Source of the DNA: an uncultured delta proteobacterium
Lineage (GTDB): Bacteria > Desulfobacterota > Desulfobaccia > Desulfobaccales > 0-14-0-80-60-11
DNA: 64,000 nucleotides
Assembly: GCA_963812015.1 (NCBI GenBank)
Contig: CAWETI010000003.1
Span: 544,001 to 608,000, forward strand
Direction of reading: 5' to 3'
Shown: positions 48,891 to 58,555 of the stretch, piece after piece
How the letters are laid out: every line of letters begins with the position of its first letter
Numbering within the stretch: the first letter of the stretch is position 1
Made by a program: the position numbers and the translations under genes
The notes under the pieces: model-generated
The model's input: the letters and a program-made list of their open reading frames with translations, nothing else
Databases searched by the model: none
Told to the model about the DNA's origin: nothing

Positions 48891-50258
48891 TCACGGAAAC
48901 AGGCTGCGGATGGCGTCGGCCAGGGTTTCCACGCCCACCAGTTCCAGGCCGGGGAACTCGCCCAGGCGGTCCTGTTGGCGGCGGGCCAGGAGGGCCCGGG
49001 AGAACCCCAATTTCAGGCCTTCTTTGAGGCGGACTTCCGGGGAGCTGACGGCCCGGATTTCGCCGGTAAGCCCCACCTCCCCGAAGATCAGGGTATCGGC
49101 GGGCACTGGCCGGTCCAGGAAGGAGGAGGCCAGGGCCAGGGCCACCCCCAGGTCCAGGGCGGGCTCGGTGAGGCGCACCCCACCGGCCACGTTGACGAAG
49201 AGGTCGTGGCCGCCCATACCCAGCCCCACCCGCTTTTCCAGAATGGCCACCAGCAGCGAAACCCTTCCCGGCTCCACGCCCATGGTTTGTCGCCGGGGCG
49301 TCGCCAGGGAGGAGGGGGAGACCAGGGCCTGGACCTCCACCAGGATGGGGCGGGAACCCTCCAGGCTGGGAACCACTACCGCGCCGGGGACCTCAAGGGA
49401 GCGTTCCGCCATGAACAGGCCCGAGGGGTTGGTCACTTCCGCCAACCCGGTTTCCTGCATTTCAAAGACACCCAATTCGTGGGTGGGGCCGAAGCGGTTC
49501 TTGACGGTGCGCAGCAAACGGAAGGGGTGGCTCCGGTCGCCCTCCAGGTAGAGCACCGTGTCCACCATATGTTCCAGGACCATGGGGCCGGCGATGGCGC
49601 CTTCCTTGGTGACGTGGCCGATGAGAAAGGTGGCGACCCCGGTGAGCTTGGCCTGTTGGACCAGGCGGAAGGCGGTCTCCCGGATCTGGGTCAAGGAGCC
49701 GGGGGCCGCAGGCAGGGTGGCGGTGTAGAGGGTCTGAATGGAATCCAGGGCCAGGTAGGCGGGGCGGCACTCTTCCACGATCTTGAGGATGTTTTCCAGG
49801 CAGGTTTCCGTGGCCACCAAGAGACCGGGGGCGGAGACCCCCAGGCGGTCGGCCCTAAGCTTGAGCTGGGTTTCGGACTCCTCCCCGGAGATATAGAGGC
49901 CCTGGCGGCCTTGGCGGCAGAGGCGATCCAGCACCTGGAGGATCAGGGTGGATTTGCCGATGCCGGGGTCGCCGCCCAGGAGGACCACGGAGCCGTGGAC
50001 CACGCTCCCTCCCAGGGTCCGGTCGAATTCCGTCAGGCCGCTCACCTGGCGGACCTCGGGGGGCGCCTTCAGCCCAATCAACGGCTGGGGGGCGCCGTGC
50101 CTGGGGGGCAACTGCACGTCAGACACGGGCGCGGCAGGGGTCATCTCTTCGGCCAGAGAGCTCCAGGTGCCGCAATCGGGACAACGGCCCAGCCATTTGG
50201 GGGCCTGATACCCGCAGTTCTGACAGATAAACACGGATTTGCCGGGACGGGCTGCCAT
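48891..50258 (-). CDS. radA: DNA repair protein RadA/Sms
   Basis: CQNCG...WLGRCPDC, GDPGIGKST, KNRFG, Lon-like C-terminus. Confidence 0.96.
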   Translation of the reverse strand: MAARPGKSVFICQNCGYQAPKWLGRCPDCGTWSSLAEEMTPAAPVSDVQLPPRHGAPQPLIGLKAPPEVRQVSGLTEFDRTLGGSVVHGSVVLLGGDPGIGKSTLILQVLDRLCRQGRQGLYISGEESETQLKLRADRLGVSAPGLLVATETCLENILKIVEECRPAYLALDSIQTLYTATLPAAPGSLTQIRETAFRLVQQAKLTGVATFLIGHVTKEGAIAGPMVLEHMVDTVLYLEGDRSHPFRLLRTVKNRFGPTHELGVFEMQETGLAEVTNPSGLFMAERSLEVPGAVVVPSLEGSRPILVEVQALVSPSSLATPRRQTMGVEPGRVSLLVAILEKRVGLGMGGHDLFVNVAGGVRLTEPALDLGVALALASSFLDRPVPADTLIFGEVGLTGEIRAVSSPEVRLKEGLKLGFSRALLARRQQDRLGEFPGLELVGVETLADAIRSLFP

Positions 50259-50395
50259 CGATTTCTGCTGTCCTTATAGGAAAATGGGAAACTGCCGGGA
50301 TCGTTCCTGAACCCCGGAGGGCGGTCAGGGCTCAAAAATAGAGAAATCGCCGACAAGTTTCTTTATAATGGCATCATCAGATCGTCATTATTACC

Positions 50396-51976
50396 GTGGA
50401 GCCGCGGCCGGAGGTGATCTCAGAGGCAGCCCGCCGGCGGCGCACCGAATCGTTTCAGGGAGATGGTCACATCAACACCGGCAGATTACCTAACCAGTCT
50501 ACCTCAACCGGGGTTCCCATAGCAACCCGGATTCTTCTGGACAACCTGAGCCGGGGTCTGGGGGCACTGGCGACCCGGCCGGCCCTGGTGAGGCTGGGGC
50601 AACTGGCCGCGGCCCGGTCCCTGGCAGTCTATCTGGTGGGGGGCACGGTGCGGGAACTGGCCCTGGGCCGGGGCGCCAAGGACCTGGACCTGGCCGTCTC
50701 AGCTCAGACGCTGGATTTGGCCCGGGACCTGGCCGAGGCCCTGGGGGGCACCTATGTCCTCCTGGATGAAGCCGAGCGGACCGCCCGGGTGGTGTGGCAG
50801 GACGAGATTCTGGACCTGGCCGAATTTAGGGCTCCCACCCTGGAAGGGGACCTGAGGGGCCGGGATTTCACCCTCAATGCCCTGGCAGTGGGATTGAACG
50901 CCGTCCTGGGCCAGAGTCCCCCGGAGCTCATCGATCCGGGGGGCGGCCTGGAAGATTTGGCCGGGGGCTGGTTGCGCATGGTGGCTCCGGAAAATTTCCT
51001 CCATGATCCCCTGCGACTCCTCCGGGCCTATCGATTTGCCGCCACCCACGGTTTTCAGGTTACCCCGGAAACCACGGCCGCCATTCGCCAGGCCGCGCCG
51101 GCCTTTTCCCGGGTGGCCGGGGAGCGGGTCCACCAGGAGTTATTTCTGCTCCTGGGGGCGCCGGCGGCCGCGCCGGTGCTTGGGGAGATGGAAGCGGTGG
51201 GGCTTTTAAGCCGGGTGTTTCCGGAGCTGGAGGATATGAAGGGGGTGGAGCAGAACGGCTACCATCACCTGGATGTCTACGGCCATTCCCTGGCGACCCT
51301 GGCATCTCTGGAGGAGGTGCTGGCGGCCCCGGAGAGGTTTTTCGGGGATTTGGCCGGGGAGGTGGTCCGTTATGCCCAGACCCCCCCCAAGGCGGTGCTC
51401 CTGAAGCTGGCCGCCCTGTTCCATGATGTCGGCAAGCCCCGGGTGCAGGCGCGCCGCAGCCAGCCGGAACGCTACACCTTTTATTTCCATGAAAAAGTGG
51501 GGCTGGAGATATTCAGCCGGGTGGCTTCACGGTTGCGGTGCAGTCAGGCCGAGACCCGGACCGTTACCAGCCTCATCCAGATGCACATGCGTCCGTTCTT
51601 GTTGTTGCCGGCCTTCCGGGAGAGGGAGCTCAGTTTTCGGGCCCTGGGACGGCTGGTCAGGGCGGCACGACCGGAGTTAGCCGGCCTCTTTGTCCTGGCC
51701 ATGGCTGACAGTCTGGCGGGACAGGGACCCCTGAAACCGGCGGATTCCGAGGCGGTGCTGGCTGATCTGGCGGAGGCGGCCTACCAGTTTTTAACCGAGC
51801 GCCTGGAGCCCCAAGAACAGCATCCCAGGCTGGTCAGCGGCCATGACCTGATCCGCCTGGGGCTCACCCCGGGACCCCAATTCCGGCGGCTGCTGACCGC
51901 GGTGGAGGAAGCCCAGTGGGAAGGCCTGGTCAAAACCCGGGAGGAAGCCCTGGAAATGGTCCGGCGGTTGTTGTAG
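50396..51976 (+). CDS. CCA-adding enzyme / poly(A) polymerase-family nucleotidyltransferase with HD domain (start uncertain)
   Basis: VGGTVRE...DLDL, RDFTLNA, DPLRLLR, DVYGHS, FHDVGKP. Confidence 0.88.
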   Translation: MEPRPEVISEAARRRRTESFQGDGHINTGRLPNQSTSTGVPIATRILLDNLSRGLGALATRPALVRLGQLAAARSLAVYLVGGTVRELALGRGAKDLDLAVSAQTLDLARDLAEALGGTYVLLDEAERTARVVWQDEILDLAEFRAPTLEGDLRGRDFTLNALAVGLNAVLGQSPPELIDPGGGLEDLAGGWLRMVAPENFLHDPLRLLRAYRFAATHGFQVTPETTAAIRQAAPAFSRVAGERVHQELFLLLGAPAAAPVLGEMEAVGLLSRVFPELEDMKGVEQNGYHHLDVYGHSLATLASLEEVLAAPERFFGDLAGEVVRYAQTPPKAVLLKLAALFHDVGKPRVQARRSQPERYTFYFHEKVGLEIFSRVASRLRCSQAETRTVTSLIQMHMRPFLLLPAFRERELSFRALGRLVRAARPELAGLFVLAMADSLAGQGPLKPADSEAVLADLAEAAYQFLTERLEPQEQHPRLVSGHDLIRLGLTPGPQFRRLLTAVEEAQWEGLVKTREEALEMVRRLL

Positions 51977-52099
51977 GTCAGGGGCGCCGGGGCCCAAGTC
52001 TTTCCCGACTGTTGTCCTTCATAATAATATTTTCTTTTTTTAGATTAATATATTAAAATTATAATAATTATTTTAAATCTGGGGAAATATAGGGATGAG

Positions 52100-52999
52100 A
52101 TGATGAAAATCAGGTCTCCGCACGCCGTCGATCGAGACCCGCAAACCGGCACGTTGATCAGACTCCGGGGACTTTATCCTTCCCTGAAAACCGCCTTAAG
52201 GAAGGTGGCCGACGTCATCCTCAGGCAGCCGGAAATGGTGATCTACGCCTCGGTAAATGAAGTGGCGGCCGAATCATTGGTTAGTGAAGCTACCGTGATG
52301 CGCTTCTGTCGTATCCTGGGCTTTAAGGGTTTCCAGGATTTCAAGATCGCCCTGGCCCGGGAGATGGTCATCACCACCGCGCCCCTCCACGAAGAGGTGG
52401 GGGGCGGAGACGATGCCGCCATCATCCGCACCGTATTTCAAACCAACCGCGCCGCCCTGCAGGATACTTTGGAAATTCTGGAGACCGGAGCGATGCAGGA
52501 GGCGGCCCGGATTCTCCTCAACGCCCGTCAGGTCATGGTGGTGGGGGTGGGGGGCTCCGGTCCGGCCGTGACCTATGCCGGCAACCGCTTCCTCCTGCTG
52601 GGTCTGAAGGCCTCTCTGTACACCGACTTTTCCCTGATGTTGATGGCGGCCTCATTGCTGTCCAGGGAAGACGCGGTGCTGGCCATCTCCAACCTGGGAA
52701 CCACCCGGGAAGTGGTGGAGACGGTGGGGTTAGCCCGGGAAAAAGCAGCCCGGGTCATGTGCATCACCAATAATTCCCTTTCACCCCTGGCCCGGGCCTG
52801 CAAGCCGGCCCTGATCACCGCGTCCCGGGGGGTGACTTTGCCTGAGGAGGCCGTTGCCTCCCTAACTTGTCAAATATCGATCCTCGACGCCCTGTTCGCC
52901 CTGATGGCGGCGGCCCCGGAGGCGCAGGCCCGGGCGACCCTGGAGGGGATGGAGAAGGCCCTGATCACGGGGGGAGTGCGGCGTGAACCCGCCAAATAG
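52100..52999 (+). CDS. RpiR/MurR-family transcriptional regulator
   Basis: VSEATVMRFCRILGFKGFQDFK HTH plus SIS domain (GVGGS). Confidence 0.9.
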   Translation: MMKIRSPHAVDRDPQTGTLIRLRGLYPSLKTALRKVADVILRQPEMVIYASVNEVAAESLVSEATVMRFCRILGFKGFQDFKIALAREMVITTAPLHEEVGGGDDAAIIRTVFQTNRAALQDTLEILETGAMQEAARILLNARQVMVVGVGGSGPAVTYAGNRFLLLGLKASLYTDFSLMLMAASLLSREDAVLAISNLGTTREVVETVGLAREKAARVMCITNNSLSPLARACKPALITASRGVTLPEEAVASLTCQISILDALFALMAAAPEAQARATLEGMEKALITGGVRREPAK

Positions 53000-53067
53000 C
53001 CTTGCCGGTGCCCGGGACGCCACCCAGGGCTAAGTTCCTTAAAAAAAAACCGCGCCCAGGACCAGCC

Positions 53068-53709
53068 ATGTCAAGCCACCAGTTGAGACAGGACATCGTG
53101 CGCATCTGCCGGATGCTGCACCGAAAAAATTACCTCGCCGCCACCGACGGCAATGTCAGTGTGCGCCTGGGAGACCAGGTGCTCACCACCCCCAGCGGGA
53201 TTAACAAGGGACTCATGGAGGCGGACCAGGTGATCACCGTGGACCTGGAGGGCAGGGTGGTCATGGGTGAGGGGCGGCCCACCTCGGAGATCCGGATGCA
53301 CCTTTTGGCCTATGAGTTGCGCCCGGATGTTACGGCCGTGGTGCACGCCCATCTACCTTACGCCACGGCCTGCACCCTGGCGGGGGTTTCCCTGCTGGAA
53401 CCCATCCTGCCGGAGGTGGTGATTACCCTGGGGGGGATTCCCACCACGCCCTATGCCACCCCCGGCAGCGAAGCAGTGCCGGAGGCCATCCGGGGTTTTA
53501 TCCGGGAATATGACGCCCTGCTCTTATCACGGCACGGGGCCATGACGGTGGGGCGGGACGTGACGGACGCCTACAACAAGATGGAGAAGCTGGAACACAC
53601 GGCCCGGGTCATGCTGGCGGCGCGACTCCAGGGACCGGTGACGCCGTTGCCGGCGGCGGAGGTTGAGAAGCTGCGGCGAATGGGGGAAAAGTATAAGGGA
53701 GGAGGGTGA
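53068..53709 (+). CDS. Class II aldolase/adducin family (FucA-like)
   Basis: DGNVSVR, TPSG, PTSE..MH, VVHAH, HGA. Confidence 0.88.
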   Translation: MSSHQLRQDIVRICRMLHRKNYLAATDGNVSVRLGDQVLTTPSGINKGLMEADQVITVDLEGRVVMGEGRPTSEIRMHLLAYELRPDVTAVVHAHLPYATACTLAGVSLLEPILPEVVITLGGIPTTPYATPGSEAVPEAIRGFIREYDALLLSRHGAMTVGRDVTDAYNKMEKLEHTARVMLAARLQGPVTPLPAAEVEKLRRMGEKYKGGG

Positions 53710-53814
53710 CCTGATAAGACAATCTGGCCGAGATGCAGCTATGGTAACCATATCAATACACTACTTATCCAGTAACGTATTGCATCTAAATAGCAGAAAG
53801 CCGCACAAGATCTT

Positions 53815-53872
53815 TAACCCATCATACTCCCGGCGCCAGTGATAAAAGGTCTGCTCGGCAATGCCCAAGAGG
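53815..53872 (-). mobile_element. IS3-family transposase OrfA remnant
   Basis: LGIAEQTFYHWRREYDGLK matches the IS3 HTH pattern; the rest is missing. Confidence 0.6.
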
Positions 53873-54076
53873 AAGGCGAGGACCCTTCCCCCACCAAGAA
53901 AAGGGTGGTCGTGAGTCCGGCCTTCCGGCCTCAATGAAAGGCGGTGGCCCAGGGAGAGACGGCAACGTTTCATTCATGGACCAGGCCGACCGGATGTGGC
54001 CAGTAAGTATTAGACAATAAACCGGCTATTAATTCCATATTTTTTGGGTTTAAGTAAATATGACTAATTGAAAAGT

Positions 54077-54634
54077 CTACCATTGAGTATATTTCTCCAG
54101 ACCCCACCTCATATATAGCCCTGAATCCGGGTCAAAATCACAATGCAAAATTATTTCTCTGATTTTAAACTTTGATTTATAATCATTATTTATTAATGGC
54201 ACTGATTCCGGCGAATTATCAATTGATTTATATGCAACAACAACGAAAACTCTATTAATAGAAGAAATATTAGAAAATAATTCACCAGGAGATTCTTGAT
54301 TAATATTTTTAATTTCGACAATCTGCCATTGGCAAGGAAATCTAAATATATAGGCAATATTATCGAGTTCATATTGATTAAAAATGGTTGTCCTGATTTC
54401 ATTGCGATTTTTCTCAATAAGTTTTTCCTTTTTAAATTGAGGCTCATCTTGAATTTTTGCTAAGTTTACTTGATAGGCGTAGGCCATCTCAATACACTTT
54501 TCGATATTATGGTTTTGCAATGAAGTAAAAAGTATTTTTGCCTGCTCTTCTGGATTATTTTGTCCGCCACATGATAGCAGATTAACAGTTAATAATATTA
54601 TAAAGATATTTTTCGGTATTATTCCAAGTTTCAT
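54077..54634 (-). CDS. Very AT-rich hypothetical lipoprotein
   Basis: Signal peptide with LLSC lipobox; AAGGGG RBS. Confidence 0.7.
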   Translation of the reverse strand: MKLGIIPKNIFIILLTVNLLSCGGQNNPEEQAKILFTSLQNHNIEKCIEMAYAYQVNLAKIQDEPQFKKEKLIEKNRNEIRTTIFNQYELDNIAYIFRFPCQWQIVEIKNINQESPGELFSNISSINRVFVVVAYKSIDNSPESVPLINNDYKSKFKIREIILHCDFDPDSGLYMRWGLEKYTQW

Positions 54635-54865
54635 GATGACCTACCCCTTTATTTTATAATTTATAGTCTGGAGTCTGGGCTTTTATTACGTTTTAATGAG
54701 TATCGTTGCGTCAATCATAATACGTAGGCTTTAGAGAAATAATCAGGGAATACCATGATCTTCGGATGGGGGAATTACCTATTTCTCTATAATAGCCTAA
54801 GGAAAATGCGGGTACGGGGTCGTCTGGCTCGAAGTGCAGGTCCTTGACGGCTTGGCAAGATGCTG

Positions 54866-55010
54866 CCCCAGTGCGTCCTCGTCGGCCCGGGTAGAACGCT
54901 GCACCGTGGCCAGGCTTAGGTGAAATACCCCGGCGTTAAATGGTGGGGACGTTTGCGCCAGTCTCCATGCGCCACTCAGGCCATTTCCGAGTGTAGTGTG
55001 TCCCCTGGCT
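54866..55010 (-). pseudogene. Degenerate C-terminus of a tyrosine recombinase
   Basis: GTHYTRK...METGANVPTI*RR then, after a frameshift, HLSLATVQRSTR; HxxR/H/Y box-II layout. Confidence 0.4.
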
Positions 55011-55178
55011 CAGTCGAACAGATATTGTCCTCAAGCGAGGAGAAGAAATCTTGCCACCATGGACACTTATCAGTGGTGCGGGAATAAATCTTGAGATGAT
55101 TCCGATAGGTTGTTAGGGGAGATCAAGCTTTAAAGAAGAGGTTGTCTTGAGCGAGCCTGGTCAGTTACGGTTTAATTA

Positions 55179-55283
55179 GCTCCAACACCAAGATTCCTTG
55201 GCCTCGGCCACGATTTTCAAGGCTGCTTGGATTGGTGGTAAGGGCAGGGTCTGGGTGATGGCGTCTTTGACGTTGATCTTTTT
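55179..55283 (-). pseudogene. Diverged duplicate of the last ~105 nt of the Zn-dehydrogenase gene
   Basis: Direct repeat of 56027-56138 with a 7-bp deletion; encodes KINVKDAITQTLPL..IQAA.KIVAEAKES. Confidence 0.85.
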
Positions 55284-55411
55284 TTTGTTCCCAAGCTAAA
55301 CTTAAGAACGCAATAATGGCCCAAGCTTAGGTTGGGCAACCTCATTACTCATGGCGCTTCCTGACTCAGATATGGATTGCATCAGCAAAGCTTTGCAATC
55401 GATTGGTCGGT

Positions 55412-55702
55412 TTACCCCTCTCGGCTTTCCATAAATTCCATATAATCCGGATCTCCTACAACTGGCCCTTCTTCATCTTCAATCGCCTTGGCCATTGGCG
55501 ATTCCACCATTTTCACGGCTCGAGTTTTCCGGGGTCGGGGGACCGGAACCTTGGTCTCGGGTACGACCACCTCATCTTCCAAAGAAGCCAGGATACGATG
55601 CACTGCTTTAATTGCCTGCACCAATTCCTTGGGGGAGAGCTGAGTCATGGAGGCATGGGATATGACAATCTGGGCCGTCAAATTCAGGACTTCACTGGCC
55701 AT
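55412..55702 (-). CDS. MucR/Ros-like N-terminal domain protein lacking the zinc finger
   Basis: LNLTAQIVISHAS....SPKELVQAIKAVHRILASL; GAGGAG RBS; no Cys in the protein. Confidence 0.7.
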   Translation of the reverse strand: MASEVLNLTAQIVISHASMTQLSPKELVQAIKAVHRILASLEDEVVVPETKVPVPRPRKTRAVKMVESPMAKAIEDEEGPVVGDPDYMEFMESREG

Positions 55703-55889
55703 GGGAATTTCTCCTCTCAGGTTAAATTACCCTGCCATCAGTCATTGGGGCCGGCTTGCCCTTGAGATCCAGCCGGCATAGACCCCTGGCGGCGGGGGGA
55801 AGATCAGCTATGATCTGGATGGCAGGTCTGGTGACCTCAGGCTGTAAAGAGCAGACCGTCTGCTCAAGTCTTGACCATGACAGTTTATC

Positions 55890-56024
55890 ATAAACTGTTT
55901 CAAAACCGGTTTATTGTGTCACCCTGAGCGCCCGGGAAGGGTCTATCTTATTGGAGAGACAAGATGCTTCGCTTCGCTCAGAATGACAAACTGGCGCAAA
56001 AAGGAGGTTTGGCAATAGGTTCTA
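55890..56024. mobile_element. MITE-like element, copy 2
   Basis: TTTCAAAACCGGTTTATTGTGTCACCC...CTTCGCTTCGCTCAGAATGACAAAC...AATAGGTTCTA, same orientation as 23489-23623. Confidence 0.75.
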
Positions 56025-56999
56025 AGGCTCCAACACCACCTTTAAAGATTCTTTGGCCTCAGCCACAATTTTAAAGGCTGCTTGAATCTGTTGCAAGGGC
56101 AGGGTCTGGGTGATGGTGTCTTTGACGTTGATCTTTTTATCGGCGATGAGGGCCAGGGCGGCTTCCAAATCAGCCGGCGCGGCGCCGTAGGATGAGGTCA
56201 CCGTGAGTTCATTGCGCCAAAAGTCGGGGATGGGAATGGCAATATCCCGGTTGGGGATGGCGAAGAGGAGAATAATCCCCTTCTTATCGATGCAACGGAA
56301 GGCTTGCTCCACCGCGGCGTAAGCGCCGGTGCAGACAATAACCCTCTCCGCCTTCAGATTCAGCTCTTGATCGGCCCGCACCACTTCATCGGCCCCGAAC
56401 TCTTTGGCTTTCCGCAAACGGTACTCATGCATATCGGTGGCCACCACCCGGGCGCCGGTCAACTTGGCCAACTGAACATTCAGGATGCCGGAGATGCCGC
56501 AGCCCAGGATCAAAACGGTGTGGTGGGCCCGGATATCAATCAGCCCGAGGCCTCTGACCCCGCAGGCTAACGGCTCGATCATGGTGCCTTCGAGATAGGA
56601 AACCTGATCCGGTAAGACGTACACCCCATAATCCACATTAATCTTGGGCACCCGGACAAATTCGCTATAGCCGCCGGGATCGTAATTGCCGGAATGCAGC
56701 GTATCGCAGGCCGTCTGATTGTCTTCCCGGCAATATTTGCAGTCATTGCACGGCACATGATGGCTGACAAAGACTCGCTGGCCGGGGTGGTATTTGTCCG
56801 ATTGGGACTCTACAATCTCGCCGGCAATTTCATGGCCCAGAATCCGGGGAGCCTTCTTAATCCGATACCACTCCATGACATCGGTGCCGCAAATGCCGCT
56901 GGCGCGCACCTTGACCAGAATCTCCCCCGGCCCGATCTGAGGGGTGGGAAATTTTTCTAGGCGAATATCGTTATTATTGTAGTATTTAGCAACCAGCAT
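56022..56999 (-). CDS. Zn-dependent dehydrogenase (sorbitol/threonine dehydrogenase-like MDR)
   Basis: GICGTD, GHE, CNDCKYC...C, EPLAC, GCGISG; ATG at 56999 preferred as start. Confidence 0.9.
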   Translation of the reverse strand: MLVAKYYNNNDIRLEKFPTPQIGPGEILVKVRASGICGTDVMEWYRIKKAPRILGHEIAGEIVESQSDKYHPGQRVFVSHHVPCNDCKYCREDNQTACDTLHSGNYDPGGYSEFVRVPKINVDYGVYVLPDQVSYLEGTMIEPLACGVRGLGLIDIRAHHTVLILGCGISGILNVQLAKLTGARVVATDMHEYRLRKAKEFGADEVVRADQELNLKAERVIVCTGAYAAVEQAFRCIDKKGIILLFAIPNRDIAIPIPDFWRNELTVTSSYGAAPADLEAALALIADKKINVKDTITQTLPLQQIQAAFKIVAEAKESLKVVLEP

Positions 57000-57066
57000 A
57001 TAGGTTAGGAGAAGTTCAAGGTTCAAGGTTAAAAGCTTAGCCATTTTGAACCTTAAACTGGTTGGA

Positions 57067-57873
57067 TTACGCTTTCGCTTTTGGTTTATGTTCTTTGGTC
57101 TGCTTGAGTATCTCGTGGGCGTGTTTGACGGAGGCATTTTCATGCACAATGGTGCGAAGAGCTTTCGCCATGGCCACCGGATGAGCACTCTGCCAGACAT
57201 TTCTCCCCAGATTGATGCCTACCGCCCCCTTTTGGATACCGTCATGGACAAATTCCAGCACCTCCAGTTCGGTCTCACATTTGGGCCCACCGGCCATAAT
57301 GACCGGCACCGGACAGCCGTTCACCACCTTATCAAAATCTTCCTCACACCAATAGGTCTTCACCACTCTGGCGCCCAGTTCGGCGGCGATGCGACAGCTC
57401 AACGCCAGATAACGCGCCTCCCGTTTCTCCAATTCCCGGCCGACGGCGGTAACCGCCATCACCGGGATGCCATAATCCTCGCAGGCATTGACCAGCGTGG
57501 CCAGATTCTTGAGGGTGTCCTTTTCATATTCACTGCCGATAAAGATCGAGAGCCCCACGGCCGCGGCGTTCAACCGGATAATTTCTTCAATGGAGGTGGT
57601 GAGCGCTTCATTAGCCAAATCCTTGCCCACCATGCTGGTACAGCCGGAGACGCGCAACACAATCGGTTTACTGGTGAGAGGATCGATGGCCGCCCGCAAT
57701 ACCCCCCGGGTGACAAAGATCGCATCCACATAGGGCAGAAGCGGTTTGATCGTCTCGCCCGGCTGCTCCAGCTTCCTGGTCGGCCCTTGAAAATAACCGT
57801 GATCGATGGGCATAAAAAAACATTTGCCATTGGGCATAAGTTGGGCTAAGCGATTTTTCATTCCCCAATTCAT
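57067..57873 (-). CDS. lsrF: LsrF-like class I aldolase/thiolase
   Basis: WGMKNRL, DHGYFQGPT, RIAAELGA..VKTY, AGGPK, GRNVWQ. Confidence 0.88.
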   Translation of the reverse strand: MNWGMKNRLAQLMPNGKCFFMPIDHGYFQGPTRKLEQPGETIKPLLPYVDAIFVTRGVLRAAIDPLTSKPIVLRVSGCTSMVGKDLANEALTTSIEEIIRLNAAAVGLSIFIGSEYEKDTLKNLATLVNACEDYGIPVMAVTAVGRELEKREARYLALSCRIAAELGARVVKTYWCEEDFDKVVNGCPVPVIMAGGPKCETELEVLEFVHDGIQKGAVGINLGRNVWQSAHPVAMAKALRTIVHENASVKHAHEILKQTKEHKPKAKA

Positions 57874-57942
57874 TTGGTAGATCTCCGTATAAGGGCTGAA
57901 TCGGTCATTTCTGCCTTGATCTCTGACCCCCAGCCCAGGCGC

Positions 57943-58257
57943 TTATTTATTCCTCCGCGGCAGGTTGCGGAGGCGCTCGATTTCGGCCTGCTCCAGCTCG
58001 AGAAATTCCTCCCGGGGATAGTCATTACGGATGGTCCGGGTGACCCGGTGAATGGAAATCATCAGGGGCGCTGAATACATGTTTTCCCAGGTGATGTGCA
58101 CCGTATCCGTTTCCGGCTCAAAGTGCATTCCCCGCCAGGCCCCGAAGACCGCGTCGAACTCCAACTCGTAGAGTTCATCCCAGGCCAGTTGCAGGAGTTC
58201 CACCACTTCGGCTTCCTCGATCCGCCGATCACAGTAATAGAGCGAATAATCTTTCAT
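57943..58257 (-). CDS. Hypothetical protein
   Basis: 104-aa acidic ORF with host-like codon usage. Confidence 0.6.
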   Translation of the reverse strand: MKDYSLYYCDRRIEEAEVVELLQLAWDELYELEFDAVFGAWRGMHFEPETDTVHITWENMYSAPLMISIHRVTRTIRNDYPREEFLELEQAEIERLRNLPRRNK

Positions 58258-58286
58258 GGAAGTTACACCAGTATGGAGAAAAGATA

Positions 58287-58310
58287 GGGGCGCCGGCTGG
58301 CCGGCGCCCC
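58287..58310 (-). terminator. Terminator closing the CoA-transferase operon
   Basis: GGGGCGCCGG-4nt-CCGGCGCCCC followed on the minus strand by TATCTTTTCT. Confidence 0.65.
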
Positions 58311-58325
58311 GGTTTAGCAGTTAGC

Positions 58326-58517
58326 TTAGGCTACCTTTTTCTTTTCTTGGAAGTATTTGCAGTCCTTGGGAGCCGTGAAGGCCCCGGGGCGCGCTTCCTT
58401 GAAAATGCCCAGCAGGAAAGGATATTCGATGGCCCGGCAGTGTCCGAAACATACCTTGGAGATCTGCGGGTCGAAGGTCCGTTTAAAATTTTTGCAATCT
58501 TCACAGAGAATCGCCAT
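58326..58517 (-). CDS. 63-aa Cys-motif protein, BssC/HpdC-like putative Fe-S mini-protein
   Basis: AGGAGG RBS; CxxCxxF...GxC...CxxF. Confidence 0.65.
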   Translation of the reverse strand: MAILCEDCKNFKRTFDPQISKVCFGHCRAIEYPFLLGIFKEARPGAFTAPKDCKYFQEKKKVA

Positions 58518-58555
58518 ATTGAAGATTCCTCCTATCTTCCGAAGTTACGGCGCCG

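Noticed and set aside
57000..57200. N-terminal extension of the dehydrogenase ORF overlapping lsrF
   Set aside because: MDR homology starts at MLVAKYY (56999); the extension crosses repeats and lsrF
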